This document shows positions 1 through 11,924 of a stretch of 64,000 nt of DNA, one piece after another; the stretch's first letter is position 1; every line of letters begins with the position of its first letter. The stretch is from Rhizophagus irregularis (lineage: Eukaryota), in the NCBI RefSeq assembly GCF_026210795.1, contig NC_089430.1, positions 1,674,001 through 1,738,000 on the forward strand, written 5' to 3'. The notes under the pieces are model-generated. The model worked only from the letters and a program-made list of their open reading frames with translations. It made no database searches and was not told where the DNA came from. Both the position numbers and the translations under genes were made by a program.

Positions 1-937
1 TTTCATTACATTCCTTACATCTTCCATATCTTTCCTCATTATTTTTTGAAATACAATTCTCACAATATTTACTTTCTGTATCACTTATTTGTTTGCATCG
101 AATGCATTCATATATTAGTTCTTTTCCATCTAATGGATACATGACAAAATTTAAATTAAAAATTTTATTGTTAAAAATCTTTTTATCTTTGTAAATTTAT
201 CTACTGAAAATTTTTGTTGGAAATAATGGAACGATTTAGAACGTTTATACAGTATTTTTATATACCGTACTTCAGATGATCGACGTGATGTGCAATATCA
301 ATATCACATGCAATCTATACCATTTTTTCCAAGATAACAAAGATAGTTACACTACCTCATTTTAAATAATAAATAATTAAACAGTTACAAATATAGCAAA
401 AATGAACCTTTAACAAGATTAATAGAAAACTCATTCGGGATTAGAGTTATAAGCCTTTTTTTTTTGGCAAGAACCAAAATAAAGAATAAAAGAATAAAGT
501 AATGGTCTCATTCATCAAAACATTTTGGCGTATGTGGCCAATGAAAATGATCAATATTTATTATCAATCAAATTATTGCCGCTTTCAATTGACGTTGATC
601 ATTTAACACAAAATTTCTAAGCCACGCCGATCACAATTTTTTCTCTCCTACTATTTGTAATAAATGAATTATTTTTTTTTTTGTTTGATCCGATAAATAG
701 ACTCTTTACATACTGTATACTCTGAATTCGAAGTTTTTTTACTAGAAACAATTTAGTATATTTACTGCTTAACTTTGATATTGCACTTTAGATCACACTT
801 TTAGATCACACTTCGATCTGTAACGCTAAAATGACACTGTAAGTACTAATAAAAAACTCTTGTTGTATTTAAAGACAATAATCAAGACTTTTAAAGTTAT
901 ATATCATATATTTATTTGTAAAAAATTGTTTTTGGAC

Positions 938-1191
938 GCTTAATAAAAATACTAATAATCATATTTTAACTATAACGATAAAAACAAGTCAAGAGTACGT
1001 ATTATAGGTTTTGTTGCATACTTGTTAGCATGTAATAATTATGTATTATGTATAGAGTGCTTAATAAAATACTAATAATCATATTTAATTTATTTTTTAA
1101 CTATAGACGATAAAAACAAGTCAAGAGCACGTATTATTAGTAGTTTTATAGGGTTTGTTGCATATTTGTTAGCATGTAATAATTATGTATT
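938..1191. repeat. Two imperfect direct copies of a ~120-130 bp unit
   Basis: gcttaataaaa(a)tactaataatcatattt...aaaacaagtcaagag...gttagcatgtaataattatgtatt occurs at ~938 and ~1059. Confidence 0.75.
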
Positions 1192-1429
1192 GAAACTCTT
1201 TTTTTTTTAATTAGTCTACGCATTTTATTAAATTATTACCGTATAGCACTGACTAAAAGATCCCCCTTTGACGTTTCCCCATTATAATATACCCGGGTAT
1301 GATATGTGGTTTAGAATTACACACATGTTCCATATAAAATGCCCGGTTATAATTCAATTTTTAAAATAGATAAATAATTTATACCCTGAGTATTTTACTA
1401 TTTGAATAAATTACATCACAAATTTTTAT

Positions 1430-1710
1430 TGCTAAATTTTCATCATGACTTACTTCATGATATGGAGACAATCCAGAAATTATTTCATACGTAATTATAC
1501 CCAAAACTATAAAATATCAGATGCCTGCTTGGTATAATTTTGGTTCAGGTGCAACATAAGGTAAAATGCCATAGACATTATTTTCTGATGTATTGTAGTC
1601 TGCAGGTTTACATAATCCCATGTCAGTTATAACAGTATTATACTTGAGCTTTAATAAATTCCTAATATGTAAATCTTGGTGAATTAATTCGATTCCATAT
1701 GGTAAATGGA
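1430..1710 (-). pseudogene. Tyrosine-kinase-like protein kinase fragment
   Basis: HQDLHIRNLL, DMGLCKPAD and VYGILPYVAPE motifs; truncated and frame-broken. Confidence 0.75.
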
Positions 1711-3604
1711 TAATCTTACCATTCAGGGTTAATTTATGAACCATAGTGAGTATTAGGTACCCACACTTTGTACTCATGATTACTCAAAATATAAAGTATT
1801 TGTTTAAGAGAAAGCAATATGATATTACAATATGTCAATTTAAGTCATATTATTTACAATAAATTTATCATACTGACAAAAGCTGATTTATTTTGCAATG
1901 CTTAATTTGTATTAATGTATCAGTTTTATCACTTTTTATTTGTATTTTTAGAAATATTTTCTGAAAAAATGTATTATACGCAAATAATTATAATTATTAT
2001 CAAGAAAAAATAAGCATTATTATAATGAAACATACTTAATATAAATATTAAAAAATAAATCATCTTTTGTCAGTTTGACCCACTATTACAAAAAAAAAAA
2101 ATAAACTTTGAATTTTTAGTTTGTTATTTTTTGTAATAATGAGTCAAATTGACAATTAAATTTGCATTAATATATCAGTACAAGTCATATTATTTTTTGT
2201 ATTTAAGATGTCTAATTTCTTACTTTTTTTATAAATCCTATTTGCTTTTTTTATATTTTTTTATAAAAAAAAAATCCTATTTGCTTTTTTTTTATATTTT
2301 TTGAGTTAAAAAAATAATTAATAACTAATCATCATGAGTACAGGTGAAAATTATATTGGTTATGAAGCTCTTGTTTATTACTTAAATGAATCAAAAAATT
2401 TGTCATACCATGGATTTTTGACACTTAACCAAAATATTATTATTGCTTCATTAACTCAACTAACTACTAACTCTTCATTAACATCAGCCAAGTGGCAAAG
2501 CTTTAATATTACTTGGATTAAACACTTTTTGTATAAAGCAAAAGATTAATTGGATTCAAATACTTTTATTGAATTAAAAAAAAAGGTATGTTTTGTTTTT
2601 ATTTTGCAAAGGGTGGGTAACTCCTAATACTCTGCGTAGTCACTTTGTGAGAATTACTGGTCTCGTTCACTTGGTAACCACTCCAGGCTCTCATTCCAGG
2701 CACCCTAACTTTGTTGTTAGTAAAGTCTGCTAATTCTGGAGGAGGAATTGGCTATGTTCCTTCTTTACTACTAAATAAAAATTTAGCATACAATTAACAA
2801 TCTGCTTTCTCATAATAGGTAAATACAGAAGACTCGCAACGTAAGAAAGAGTTGCAAATATTCTGGCAAGAAGTTATTAAGGAATACAAAAAAAGTCAGA
2901 AAATTATTAAAGAATGTGAAAAAGAAAATACTTTTGCCACTGATACATTTCTTCCAAAAAAGTCAGTTAAACATTCTGAACCTTTACAACAAGATGCATC
3001 TTTACTTTCAAAAAATACAGTTTAAAAGTTCTGTTAAAAATCTTTCTAAATCTGAACAACTAGATTTATCTAAAAAGAATATTAAACTTACTAATTTCTG
3101 TTATGATATATTTCATGAACTTGAAAATGAATCTTATGCTAATTTATTTTCTGAAAAGAATATTAAAAATAAGGTTATAAAACATCCAATGGATCTATTT
3201 ACTATAAATTTAAAATTAGAAAATAATCAATACAAAAATTTAAAAGAATTTGAAAAAGATATTCGTTTAATGTTTCGTAATTGTTATACATACAATGATG
3301 TTAAAAGTAAAGAATATTGTTCAGGTGAAAAATTAGAATCTATTTTTAATGAAAAATGGAATGAAAAAATTATTCTTCAAGATAGACAAACAAGAGAACT
3401 GAGAAGAACAAGGGAATGATGCAGATCAATCTTGGAAGAAACAAAGACAAATTTTAGAACAAAATAAAAATAATTTAATATATAGACATGTTATTAATGA
3501 TGCACTTCTTGTTGCTTCAGCATATGAAAGCCTTGTTGTAGGTAATATTGTTAGATGTCAGTTCTTATACGCTTAAAAATAAGCTATGCATTAAAAAATG
3601 TTTA

Positions 3605-3860
3605 TATTTAATAAAGCAGAAGGTAATTTTAAAGATCAACGTACAGTATATGTTAAAATCAATCCAATCAGATGTGAATAGAGTATCGCTTCACACTGGC
3701 ACATACAATCAGACACAAATAAGGGAAAGCAGTATTTAATAAAGCAGAAAGTAATTTTAAAGATCAACGTACAGTATATGTTAAAATCAATCCAATCAGA
3801 TGTGAATAGAGTATCGCTTCACACTGGCACATACAATCAGACACAAATAAGGGAAAGCAG
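3605..3860. repeat. 128-bp tandem duplication (2 near-identical copies) inside the solo LTR
   Basis: 3605-3732 and 3733-3860 are almost identical. Confidence 0.9.
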
Positions 3861-4140
3861 ATTAACCATATAAAACCAAACTTAAAATTAAGGTGTATAT
3901 TAAAGGGTAAACATTTTATTAATTAAATTCTTCACACATGTTTCTATATTGAATAATGCTCTTAATTAAGGTCTAATTACAGGTCTATATATACATAAAA
4001 TTCCAAACTAAAAATGTTTAAAATGTTTGATATGTACCATATATACCATATGTGCAATATGTGCAATATACTGTATTTAATATATTTAATATATTAAACA
4101 TTTCGAACATTGATCTTGACGTTGATCATTCATCGGTAAT

Positions 4141-6756
4141 TTTATTTATTTATTTATTTTATGTGAAGACGGACAGACTATTAACAGGACATATACGTAA
4201 CCGTGCTATCCTACTTCTAGCTATCATCCCCCCGAAGACGGACCCGAACTTCTTTAAATCTAACGAACCAGAATGATCCCCTCCCCTACCAGAAAGGAAC
4301 CAATGAACCAATTAAAAAGCGAACTAATTAACCCGTATTTTTCTTTCAACCATAAAGGTCGCCACCTGTAAATACTGTCATAGGTGGAATGATTCACACT
4401 ATTTGTAATTGTTAATATCTAACTTAATATGAACCAAAAATTCAAAAAATGAATTACAAAAAAGAAACTAAGTTAATTTGATTTAACTACGAAATTTAAA
4501 GAATAAATCTATATTAGAGGGTAAGAAGTCATCTTCTTTGGTATCCCTACAATCAAAAAGACAAATTTTTTTTGTTAAAGGTATAAGATCACCATAATTA
4601 TTATAATGATTATGTTTCGCGCGACGCTTTTTTTGCCGACGTTCTAGTATTTTCGTGTCGTCGGAGGTATCACCTAGGTCGTCTTTTACGTATTCGATGT
4701 TGTTTGCTCGAATGATGGCATGGTATGGTTTAAAGGGGTAATGTTCATCCCTGTATTGTCGTCCATAATCTATTATCAATTTATTAAGACGGTTTGAAGC
4801 TCCTGGTCGTTTGTCGAAGGGTTTCCTTGTAGTTGCTCCATACGCGAATTTGCGAATACTGGCCATACGTTCATCAAAATTATCAGTCATTTGGGTAAAA
4901 AACTCCATAGCATTAGTACGCCTAAGATAATGTTTGGCAGAAGTATTATGATCTTTTATGTCCTTAATGACATTTAACCGTTCGTTAAGACGATCACGAG
5001 CTTTGATCTCACTGATGCGATCTTCATCTAAACCTAAAATATGTGCGTCTCTTAAGGATAGCTGAATTGTAGAGTCTTGTATTAAAAGCACAGCATCGAT
5101 GTATTCCGATGCACCTATACCATAGTGTTCGTCAATAAGATTCTTGATATACCAATTCCTATAAGAATTTTCAGATGTATCATCCCGGCCATCAATGGTT
5201 GAAGAAATATCCTCTTCTTCGGAGTCCTGATCCTTGATAGCACTGCGTAGTGCAGAGGTAATGTGAGGAGGGAAAAACCTATCATCAGGTAAATGTAAAA
5301 GAGTACAGTTCTGATCGTATGGAAAACGGAATAAGGGAACGCTTGGGAAGCGATTGAATAATCCCAAGTTGAACTTTAAGTGAAAAATCCGTTTATTGAT
5401 CCTTTGGTACGGATAGAAAAGGAATTTCCATTGATTCGCCAGTCTAATCTTTTGTCGGAGTTTGAGAGCCATCCCAGATTTGGGCTTATTACTATTGAAG
5501 ATACGTCGACAAGATCGGTCAAAACGAGCTTTTTGTCGTACAGCTGTTCGTGGATTAGAACTTAACATACGAGAGAAATTTTCATAAATCTTAGTGTACA
5601 TGGGACCAACAGCCTTGTAAGGGGGTAAAAGTGAGTCAAGGTTGTGCGCTTCATAACGCGTTGTATAAGAAATGCCCAATCGATTCGAAAAAATTTTTTG
5701 CTTTGAGTTATCATTATATTTTTCATAAATTATGTTGGCGTGAATACTCTTGTGATGAATGATGTTATTCACGGGTGCTGATGCAGCCTTATCCTCTGAG
5801 GGTGTATGTGTAATTTGAGCGATGGCCGAATGATGTTGGATACAAGCGTGTCGATTAAAATTTCTAACAAAAGGGCACGGTGTACGACATGGTGTTGTCT
5901 TATAATGGAGAGACTTCTTTGTAGGTAAGTAATTACAAGCTACATAGATACCAAAGTGAAATCTGTATCGTTTATAAGAGAAGTTAAAAAAAGTTTTCGT
6001 AATGTTGTTACTGCACGTGATTTTTCCTTCACGTGATGCTATCAGATTGAGTCTATCTAACAACTTGAGTCGTATCATGTTAAAAAATTTATTTTGAATA
6101 CGCCGAGGAATAACTCGTTGATGCAAAAAAAAATGCGTGAGGCACTTTGATATTTGAAATCGATGATTAGGTAATTTGCTTGTGGAATAATACCGAATTG
6201 GGGTAGATGACATATAATGATCGTTTGTGTAAATCTTCAGATGAATTTCATTGGTGTCTGGTATTTGATCGACAACCTCAAAAAAGAAACTTTTTGAATG
6301 CCTACATTCGTAGATCTTGTTATAACCTGCTTTGGACGCAGCGGTCACGTGAAATTTTTCGAAAGAGACCAAAAAAGAGAAGGTCGGAAGTGTTGAAGAA
6401 GGTAGAGGAACGTTGACTAAGATAGTCGGAAGTGTGTTATCCTGTGGTTTAATAGTCGTCTTTGAAACATCGTCTTTAGCAAGTCTGCCTTCAGGAATAT
6501 ATCGTCTGCTATTAGAATGTACGTCCAACTGCGGACAAGGTTTTGAAGGTTCATATGGAGCCACGGAAGAGTTGGGTTGGTTGTAACTTAAAGCTGACAT
6601 AGTCCCTTAGTATGGGATAAGATAAGAACTAAAAACCTTGTATAAGACCAAGGCGCCCGTTTGGGCCTCGTTCCCTTTAGCGTTTCAAATAGAAACTAAA
6701 AAAATAAAATTATCGCAAAAATACTGCGGAAAACAAACAAAAATGAAAAAAGGGGG
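4141..6756 (-). mobile_element. Non-LTR (LINE-mobilised) retroelement lacking RT
   Basis: 14-bp TSD CATTCATCGGTAAT at 4127-4140 and 6757-6770; (TAAA)n 3' tail on the minus strand at 4141-4160; single long ORF. Confidence 0.8.
4483..6600 (-). CDS. 705-aa basic hypothetical protein carried by the non-LTR element
   Basis: Uninterrupted intronless ORF with higher GC than the flanks; no recognisable RT (YxDD) or endonuclease motif. Confidence 0.7.
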   Translation of the reverse strand: MSALSYNQPNSSVAPYEPSKPCPQLDVHSNSRRYIPEGRLAKDDVSKTTIKPQDNTLPTILVNVPLPSSTLPTFSFLVSFEKFHVTAASKAGYNKIYECRHSKSFFFEVVDQIPDTNEIHLKIYTNDHYMSSTPIRYYSTSKLPNHRFQISKCLTHFFLHQRVIPRRIQNKFFNMIRLKLLDRLNLIASREGKITCSNNITKTFFNFSYKRYRFHFGIYVACNYLPTKKSLHYKTTPCRTPCPFVRNFNRHACIQHHSAIAQITHTPSEDKAASAPVNNIIHHKSIHANIIYEKYNDNSKQKIFSNRLGISYTTRYEAHNLDSLLPPYKAVGPMYTKIYENFSRMLSSNPRTAVRQKARFDRSCRRIFNSNKPKSGMALKLRQKIRLANQWKFLFYPYQRINKRIFHLKFNLGLFNRFPSVPLFRFPYDQNCTLLHLPDDRFFPPHITSALRSAIKDQDSEEEDISSTIDGRDDTSENSYRNWYIKNLIDEHYGIGASEYIDAVLLIQDSTIQLSLRDAHILGLDEDRISEIKARDRLNERLNVIKDIKDHNTSAKHYLRRTNAMEFFTQMTDNFDERMASIRKFAYGATTRKPFDKRPGASNRLNKLIIDYGRQYRDEHYPFKPYHAIIRANNIEYVKDDLGDTSDDTKILERRQKKRRAKHNHYNNYGDLIPLTKKICLFDCRDTKEDDFLPSNIDLFFKFRS

Positions 6757-9194
6757 CATTCATCGGTAATATTAATCGTTCCGGTAATTACCATTGATCA
6801 ACATCTATATCACGTGATTTCGTCACATTGTTTTTCATCGTAACAATATTATACCTTTTATTGAAATTTTAAAGACCTTTTTATTTTTAACAAGATCAAG
6901 GATGTCTTTATCTTCAGCAAATGAATCTATGCTTCAGGCAATTGTTGAAAATCTTCTACCACTAAAATATCGTATTCCAGAGCTTTCATTAGTAATGGAT
7001 GGTAAAAAGCTAAAGGGATAAGGTCGCTTTGGATATTCAGATATTTTTGTTTTGAAAGGAACAGGAGATAATTATATTAGCTTAGAATTAAAATATATTC
7101 CATTAATTGGTTTAATAGTAAATCAGAAAGTTAAATATGGTGCAATTGAATTAGAAAACTTAGATAAAATCCTTGAAAAGGAAGATGAAGAAATTTTATT
7201 AAAAAGATCATATACATATTGGTCTAAAGAGTGTAAAAGAACAAACCAAACAACTATAGGTAATAATAGTATAAGCCAATTGAAATCATATATGAATACA
7301 ATCTCAAAGGGAAGAGTTGCTGATTACTTTAGCCCAAGAATATTTGATGAACGTGTTAAAGTAGTTGAATCAAATCCTAATAAATTGAAAGGATTTGTCA
7401 TTTTAGTAATTGGTTTCCAACGTATTTTATGGAAACCTGTTGATGAAGTAATATCAAATTATACATATAATATAATTTAAGGTACTATTTTAGCAATACA
7501 GTAATTTTATATAAAGTTATTATGTAAAAAATATTAATTCATATATTCATTAATACTTATATATTCATTGTAAAAAATATTTAATATATACATTTATGTA
7601 TTAACATTAAAAGTTTGTCATGATAATTAATTTGTATATTTTTTCTGAAGTAAGGAGGCAATTTTGCGTACTAAACTTATAGAAACCTCCTGCGTACAGC
7701 TATTAATAAAAAATTTGAAAGTTACCTTGCCTTTTATATATGTTTCATTGTTTCGGGGTCTTATTTGACCATAATAAATTTACTGTATTATAGAATGAAA
7801 AACCCAGTTCCCTAATTAATTTACCGTCGATATGTTAAAATTTTATATATACGATATCGATATATAGCGCATTTTGATTGATCAATTATCATGTGACTAT
7901 TTTTTTTGACTACAAATAAATAAATAAATAATACAGTAAAATAAATAAGTTAATTTATAAATATTTTAGATTGATTTTAAAACTTGCTACTTTTAAGATG
8001 GTTACTTAAATATATTATATCAGTTGGGTATTGATTGTAGAATCATTTATCAATCATATTGAATTTATTGAGAAATTTTTTCCATCATTTTTAATACCAA
8101 TAATGTTTACACTATATCCGTTATTACTATTATACAAAACTAAAATGTAGTCGTACATGTACTATATTAATTTATGATTTTATTTATTCTTAATAGCAAA
8201 GAATATGTATTATAAATTTTAAATTATATTTTTATAAATTGATCCCTAATTAAACAAACTAATTGATATCAATATGCATAATAATAAATATTGCTTAATT
8301 ATAAACTGATTTATTATATATGACAAGATAAGTTTGTATCATCCCACCCTATAAATCAGTGTTAAGCAAAACTGAATGTACTTTCTATATATTATATAAA
8401 CCTCCCGAAATCGAAAAAGATAGTAGCCTATGAATATTTTGATTATAATAATTTATTATTTAATTATTGATGGATTAAACGCACTTTTGTTCGTAAATTA
8501 ATCAAATCGCTACAGTCAGATTTAGAAACTTCCTGTAAATGATTAGCAGTTAATATAAATAACCTGGTAAATAAACAAGTAAATGAAGATCAAATTATTA
8601 CCCGAATATTTCACGGTCGATATATTATCATACATTTCATAATAATTATCAGAATTCTTTAGTTCAGAAAGATTTTTGAAGCTAAGTGGGCTGCTTTTAT
8701 AAACAGCTTCAGGATGTATTATATTTGTTAAAGATGAATCATCAGTTGATGAAACATTATTAATTTTTCTGCTTCTTCAATTTGATTAATTAATTCTGTT
8801 TTAATTAATTCCGGTTGTTCATTCATGTACAGCACCTAACAAAATCTTTCAACCATTCTTGAAAGATCTTTTGCATATGTTCGATTTGATGGGTTTGCAT
8901 CTGAGCAGCTTTTAAATCTCGATGAATTAAATCTTTAATATAGAATTTTTCTAAGCCCAAGTGGAATATGGAATAAAATATAAATCTCATGTACTTTTAT
9001 GCAACATTGTTTTTTCATTGTTCAATGAATTCCGTAGATTACTTAGCATAATTCATAACCATAATATAATCTTTTGTATTGGGATCTTGAGTTTTTCCGT
9101 GACATTTAATAATAATTTGATCTGATATCTTATATTCGTGAACTTAGATAGTATATTGTAACCTAATTATTTTAAACAAATTTATTGACAAAAC

Positions 9195-9596
9195 CAGTGT
9201 ATGATTTTCAAACTTAAACATGTGTGCGGATAGCGCACACCGTATGGTGGGATCATGTGCGGAAATTGTAATGGGTAGTGCGCAAATGTCGCAAAGCGAA
9301 ATAATTTTTTAATGGTGCGCAAAAAAAAATTTTTATCACCATATTATGTAAATTTAGTTACTAAGTTTTTTTAAAAAAGAAGAAGTGCAATGTAATAATT
9401 ATAGTTACACAATACTTTTATTTTTCTTACAAAATTGAATATTCTTTATTAATTGAAAATGATAATCTCATAGTGTCAAAATTGTGCGCAACTGTACGAG
9501 ATATGTGCGGAACTGTGGCGGAACTGTTCGGGTTTGTGCAACTGTGCAGAAATTGTGCGCAAGCGCACACTTCCGCACTACCAAAATCACACACTG
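9195..9596. mobile_element. hAT-type MITE (402 bp)
   Basis: TIR CAGTGTATGATTTT / AAAATCACACACTG (13/14); 8-bp TSD GACAAAAC/AACAAAAC; subterminal GTGCGCAA/GTGCGGAA repeats. Confidence 0.8.
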
Positions 9597-9717
9597 AACA
9601 AAACTATAATTTTTAAAATTTAATAAATCAGATAACTAACATGATATAATTAAGATACCTCATTAATAAATTCCAATGAAACATTTTGTGAATTATTCAA
9701 AACTTTAAGAGCTACAA

Positions 9718-9915
9718 CCCTATAAAAAATTTTTATCCGAATATTTCCATTATTTCTCCGTGTCTTCCATAAAAATTCCGTGAAAATGATACATTCACGA
9801 TATCCGTGTTAGCGAGATGAAAATTTCCATGATTTAAGGCTATAAATTCCATGAAAATGATACATTCACGGAAAAAACATGGAAAGATAAAACACGGATC
9901 AGATTTTTTACAGGG
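9718..9915. mobile_element. CMC/CACTA-like MITE (198 bp)
   Basis: TIR CCCTATAAAAAAT / ATTTTTTACAGGG; 3-bp TSD CAA; removal restores the kinase frame GMFVALK. Confidence 0.8.
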
Positions 9916-10678
9916 CAAACATACCATCACTATGTCTTTTGTATCTCGAAATATAGCCACTTTTCCAACTTGCTCTATATATCTTTCCAAATCCATCTGC
10001 GATATATTTAGGATTTTATATTTGGAAATTATTTTTGCTGATAACTGTGTTTGAATGAACTTATCAATGTCATCATTACTACTAGTACGATTATGAAAAT
10101 TTTATTGAATTACAAGATCGACAACCTGTATATTTTTGGTAACATGTTCCGTGTTTTGGCTCTTTTTCATCTAATTGATTCATTCACAAATTAAATATTT
10201 GGTAAATTTTGATACCCAAAGATTTTGATAAATAAATGTAACAATGTCAACACAATAGATAGACGTATTTATATCTTAATAATTGACATGGCTCTTATGA
10301 CAAGGATCATGCTTTCGATAATGTAACCATTCTTTCTAATATTTATCTTTTTATTAATAATAATATTAATATTATTATTTGTTTATAGAAAGCTTATTCA
10401 GGTTAAGAGTTTAAGCTTTTTATGGAAAGGATCAGTAGGAATAAGACCAATCATGTTGATGCTAGTAACAGGGCCATTCACAGTAAAATTCTAGTGCGAG
10501 AAAATTTATTAATAGTATCGTTCAAGTTATACATAAAATATATACATTTTATTTTTTTTTATTTTTGTAAAGAATTTATTTTTTTTTTTAGCGGCAAAAG
10601 GAAAAAAAAGGAAATATGTATCACTCCATTCATCTATAGATTATCATAAATCTTTAATTTCCATAAGTTGCGAATCTT

Positions 10679-10878
10679 TATGGCACTCCATAAGCATAAA
10701 AAGAATATACATAAATTATTATTTGAATATACATTTTGTTATAATCAAATAACCATTTTTACATATGTAATGATAACTTTTATATATTCACATGTATAAA
10801 AGTGGTCATTTGAATATGTAAAATGTTTATTCAAATAATAATTTACGTATATTCTTTTTGTGCTTACGGCGGGTCATA
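10679..10878. repeat. ~200-bp imperfect palindrome (MITE-like hairpin)
   Basis: Left arm ...aaagaatatacataaattattatttgaatatacatttt pairs with right arm aaaatgtttattcaaataataatttacgtatattcttt... Confidence 0.65.
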
Positions 10879-11336
10879 CAAAAATGAAATTATACCGGAA
10901 TTGTGTGATACGGAATATATTAAAACGCAAATATACAAAACGTATCATTTCCGTATATAGATTTTTTATAAAGCAATCCAAATGATCGACATAATTTATA
11001 AGCTGCACAAAATCTCAGCCAAAAAACAAGTCAATTGGGTGCTAAAAAATTCCGGGTTCAGCACTTCAGGTCTTCAGCGATCTGATAATAAATTACTTGT
11101 CAAATATGGGAATGTAAAAAATGTGATCCACTTATCAACACAGTAACAAAAATTTTCTTTTTTATATTTCCATTAGGGTCACAAAATCTTTATATTATGA
11201 AATTCGGCATATTTCAACGCCAATATTAATTAACTACATATATAAGTGGGGAATTTAATCCCTCCCCCAAAAATTACATTCCTTTTGTAAGATAACATAG
11301 TCGAAAAAGGCAGCCAGTCTACAGACACTAAAAAAA

Positions 11337-11924
11337 ATGACCATACAAGACAATTGCAAGAAGAATTACGTTGCTAATCTCAACAATAACTATATCACTA
11401 AAGTTCTAGCAACCGGTCCTGTTCTAGAGGCGCAACGGGCTACATTTAGTAATCTGTTCACGCAATCTTTTTCCCATGCATACCGTGATTTGCAACTTGA
11501 CCTATTTGACCTACCGCAGGAACAAACTTTGAGTTCATATCTTGAGCATTCCTTTAATGCTACTTGGTCTCTAATACAATCGGGAAAACTACAATTATGG
11601 GTCGAGGTTTCTAGAGACTCTTCGGAACTTGTGGTTGGTTTCATATGTGTCCAAACAAAAGACGATATCTGTTATATCGAGCAGTTTGTAGTTCATCCAG
11701 ATTTCCAACGCATTAAGATTGGTTCAAATCTCATCAAAGCGGTTGAAGAGCGTTACCGTCTCATCTGGCTACATACGCGTCATATTAATGAGGTTGCAAT
11801 TTCATTCTACACGCGAAATGGCTTTATTCGCTCAGATGCTGATGACGGTGATATGGCGTATCCCATTGAGTTTCCCTCACGTTCTTCAAAAACTTTTATG
11901 CTGATGAAAAAAGTGATATCTTGA
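11337..11924 (+). CDS. GNAT-family N-acetyltransferase
   Basis: Acetyl-CoA motif A FVVHPDFQRIKIGSNLI and motif B LHTRHINEVAISFYTRNGF; intronless; TATA-like tatataag ~100 bp upstream. Confidence 0.85.
   Translation: MTIQDNCKKNYVANLNNNYITKVLATGPVLEAQRATFSNLFTQSFSHAYRDLQLDLFDLPQEQTLSSYLEHSFNATWSLIQSGKLQLWVEVSRDSSELVVGFICVQTKDDICYIEQFVVHPDFQRIKIGSNLIKAVEERYRLIWLHTRHINEVAISFYTRNGFIRSDADDGDMAYPIEFPSRSSKTFMLMKKVIS

Larger units (their letters stand above)
3549..6845. mobile_element. Probable solo LTR (TG...CA) split by an internal insertion
   Basis: Ends TGTTAGATG / CATCGTAACA (short inverted termini); ATAT duplicated at 3545-3548 and 6846-6849; removing it restores the host reading frame; ~670 bp once the inner element is removed. 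Confidence 0.75.
2334..7480 (+). pseudogene. Bromodomain + C-terminal PD-(D/E)XK-nuclease-like protein, disrupted by stops/frameshifts and a nested 3.3 kb insertion
   Basis: Exon 1 2334-2585 (in-frame TAA at 2547); GT-AG intron 2586-2818; bromodomain motif HPMDLFTINLKLENNQY...DIRLMFRNCYTYN (~3095-3365). The frame VVGN|IIPFIEILK rejoins across the insertion 3549-6849. The C-terminal part has NESMLQ, GRFGYSDIF, LELKY and QLKSY motifs. Confidence 0.75.
8640..10110 (-). pseudogene. Tyrosine-kinase-like kinase pseudogene with two MITE insertions
   Basis: Remnants NDDIDKFIQ, GFGKIYRASW, VALKVLNNSQNVSLEFINE, CHGKTQDPNTKDYIMVM and IHPEAVYKS. Confidence 0.75.
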
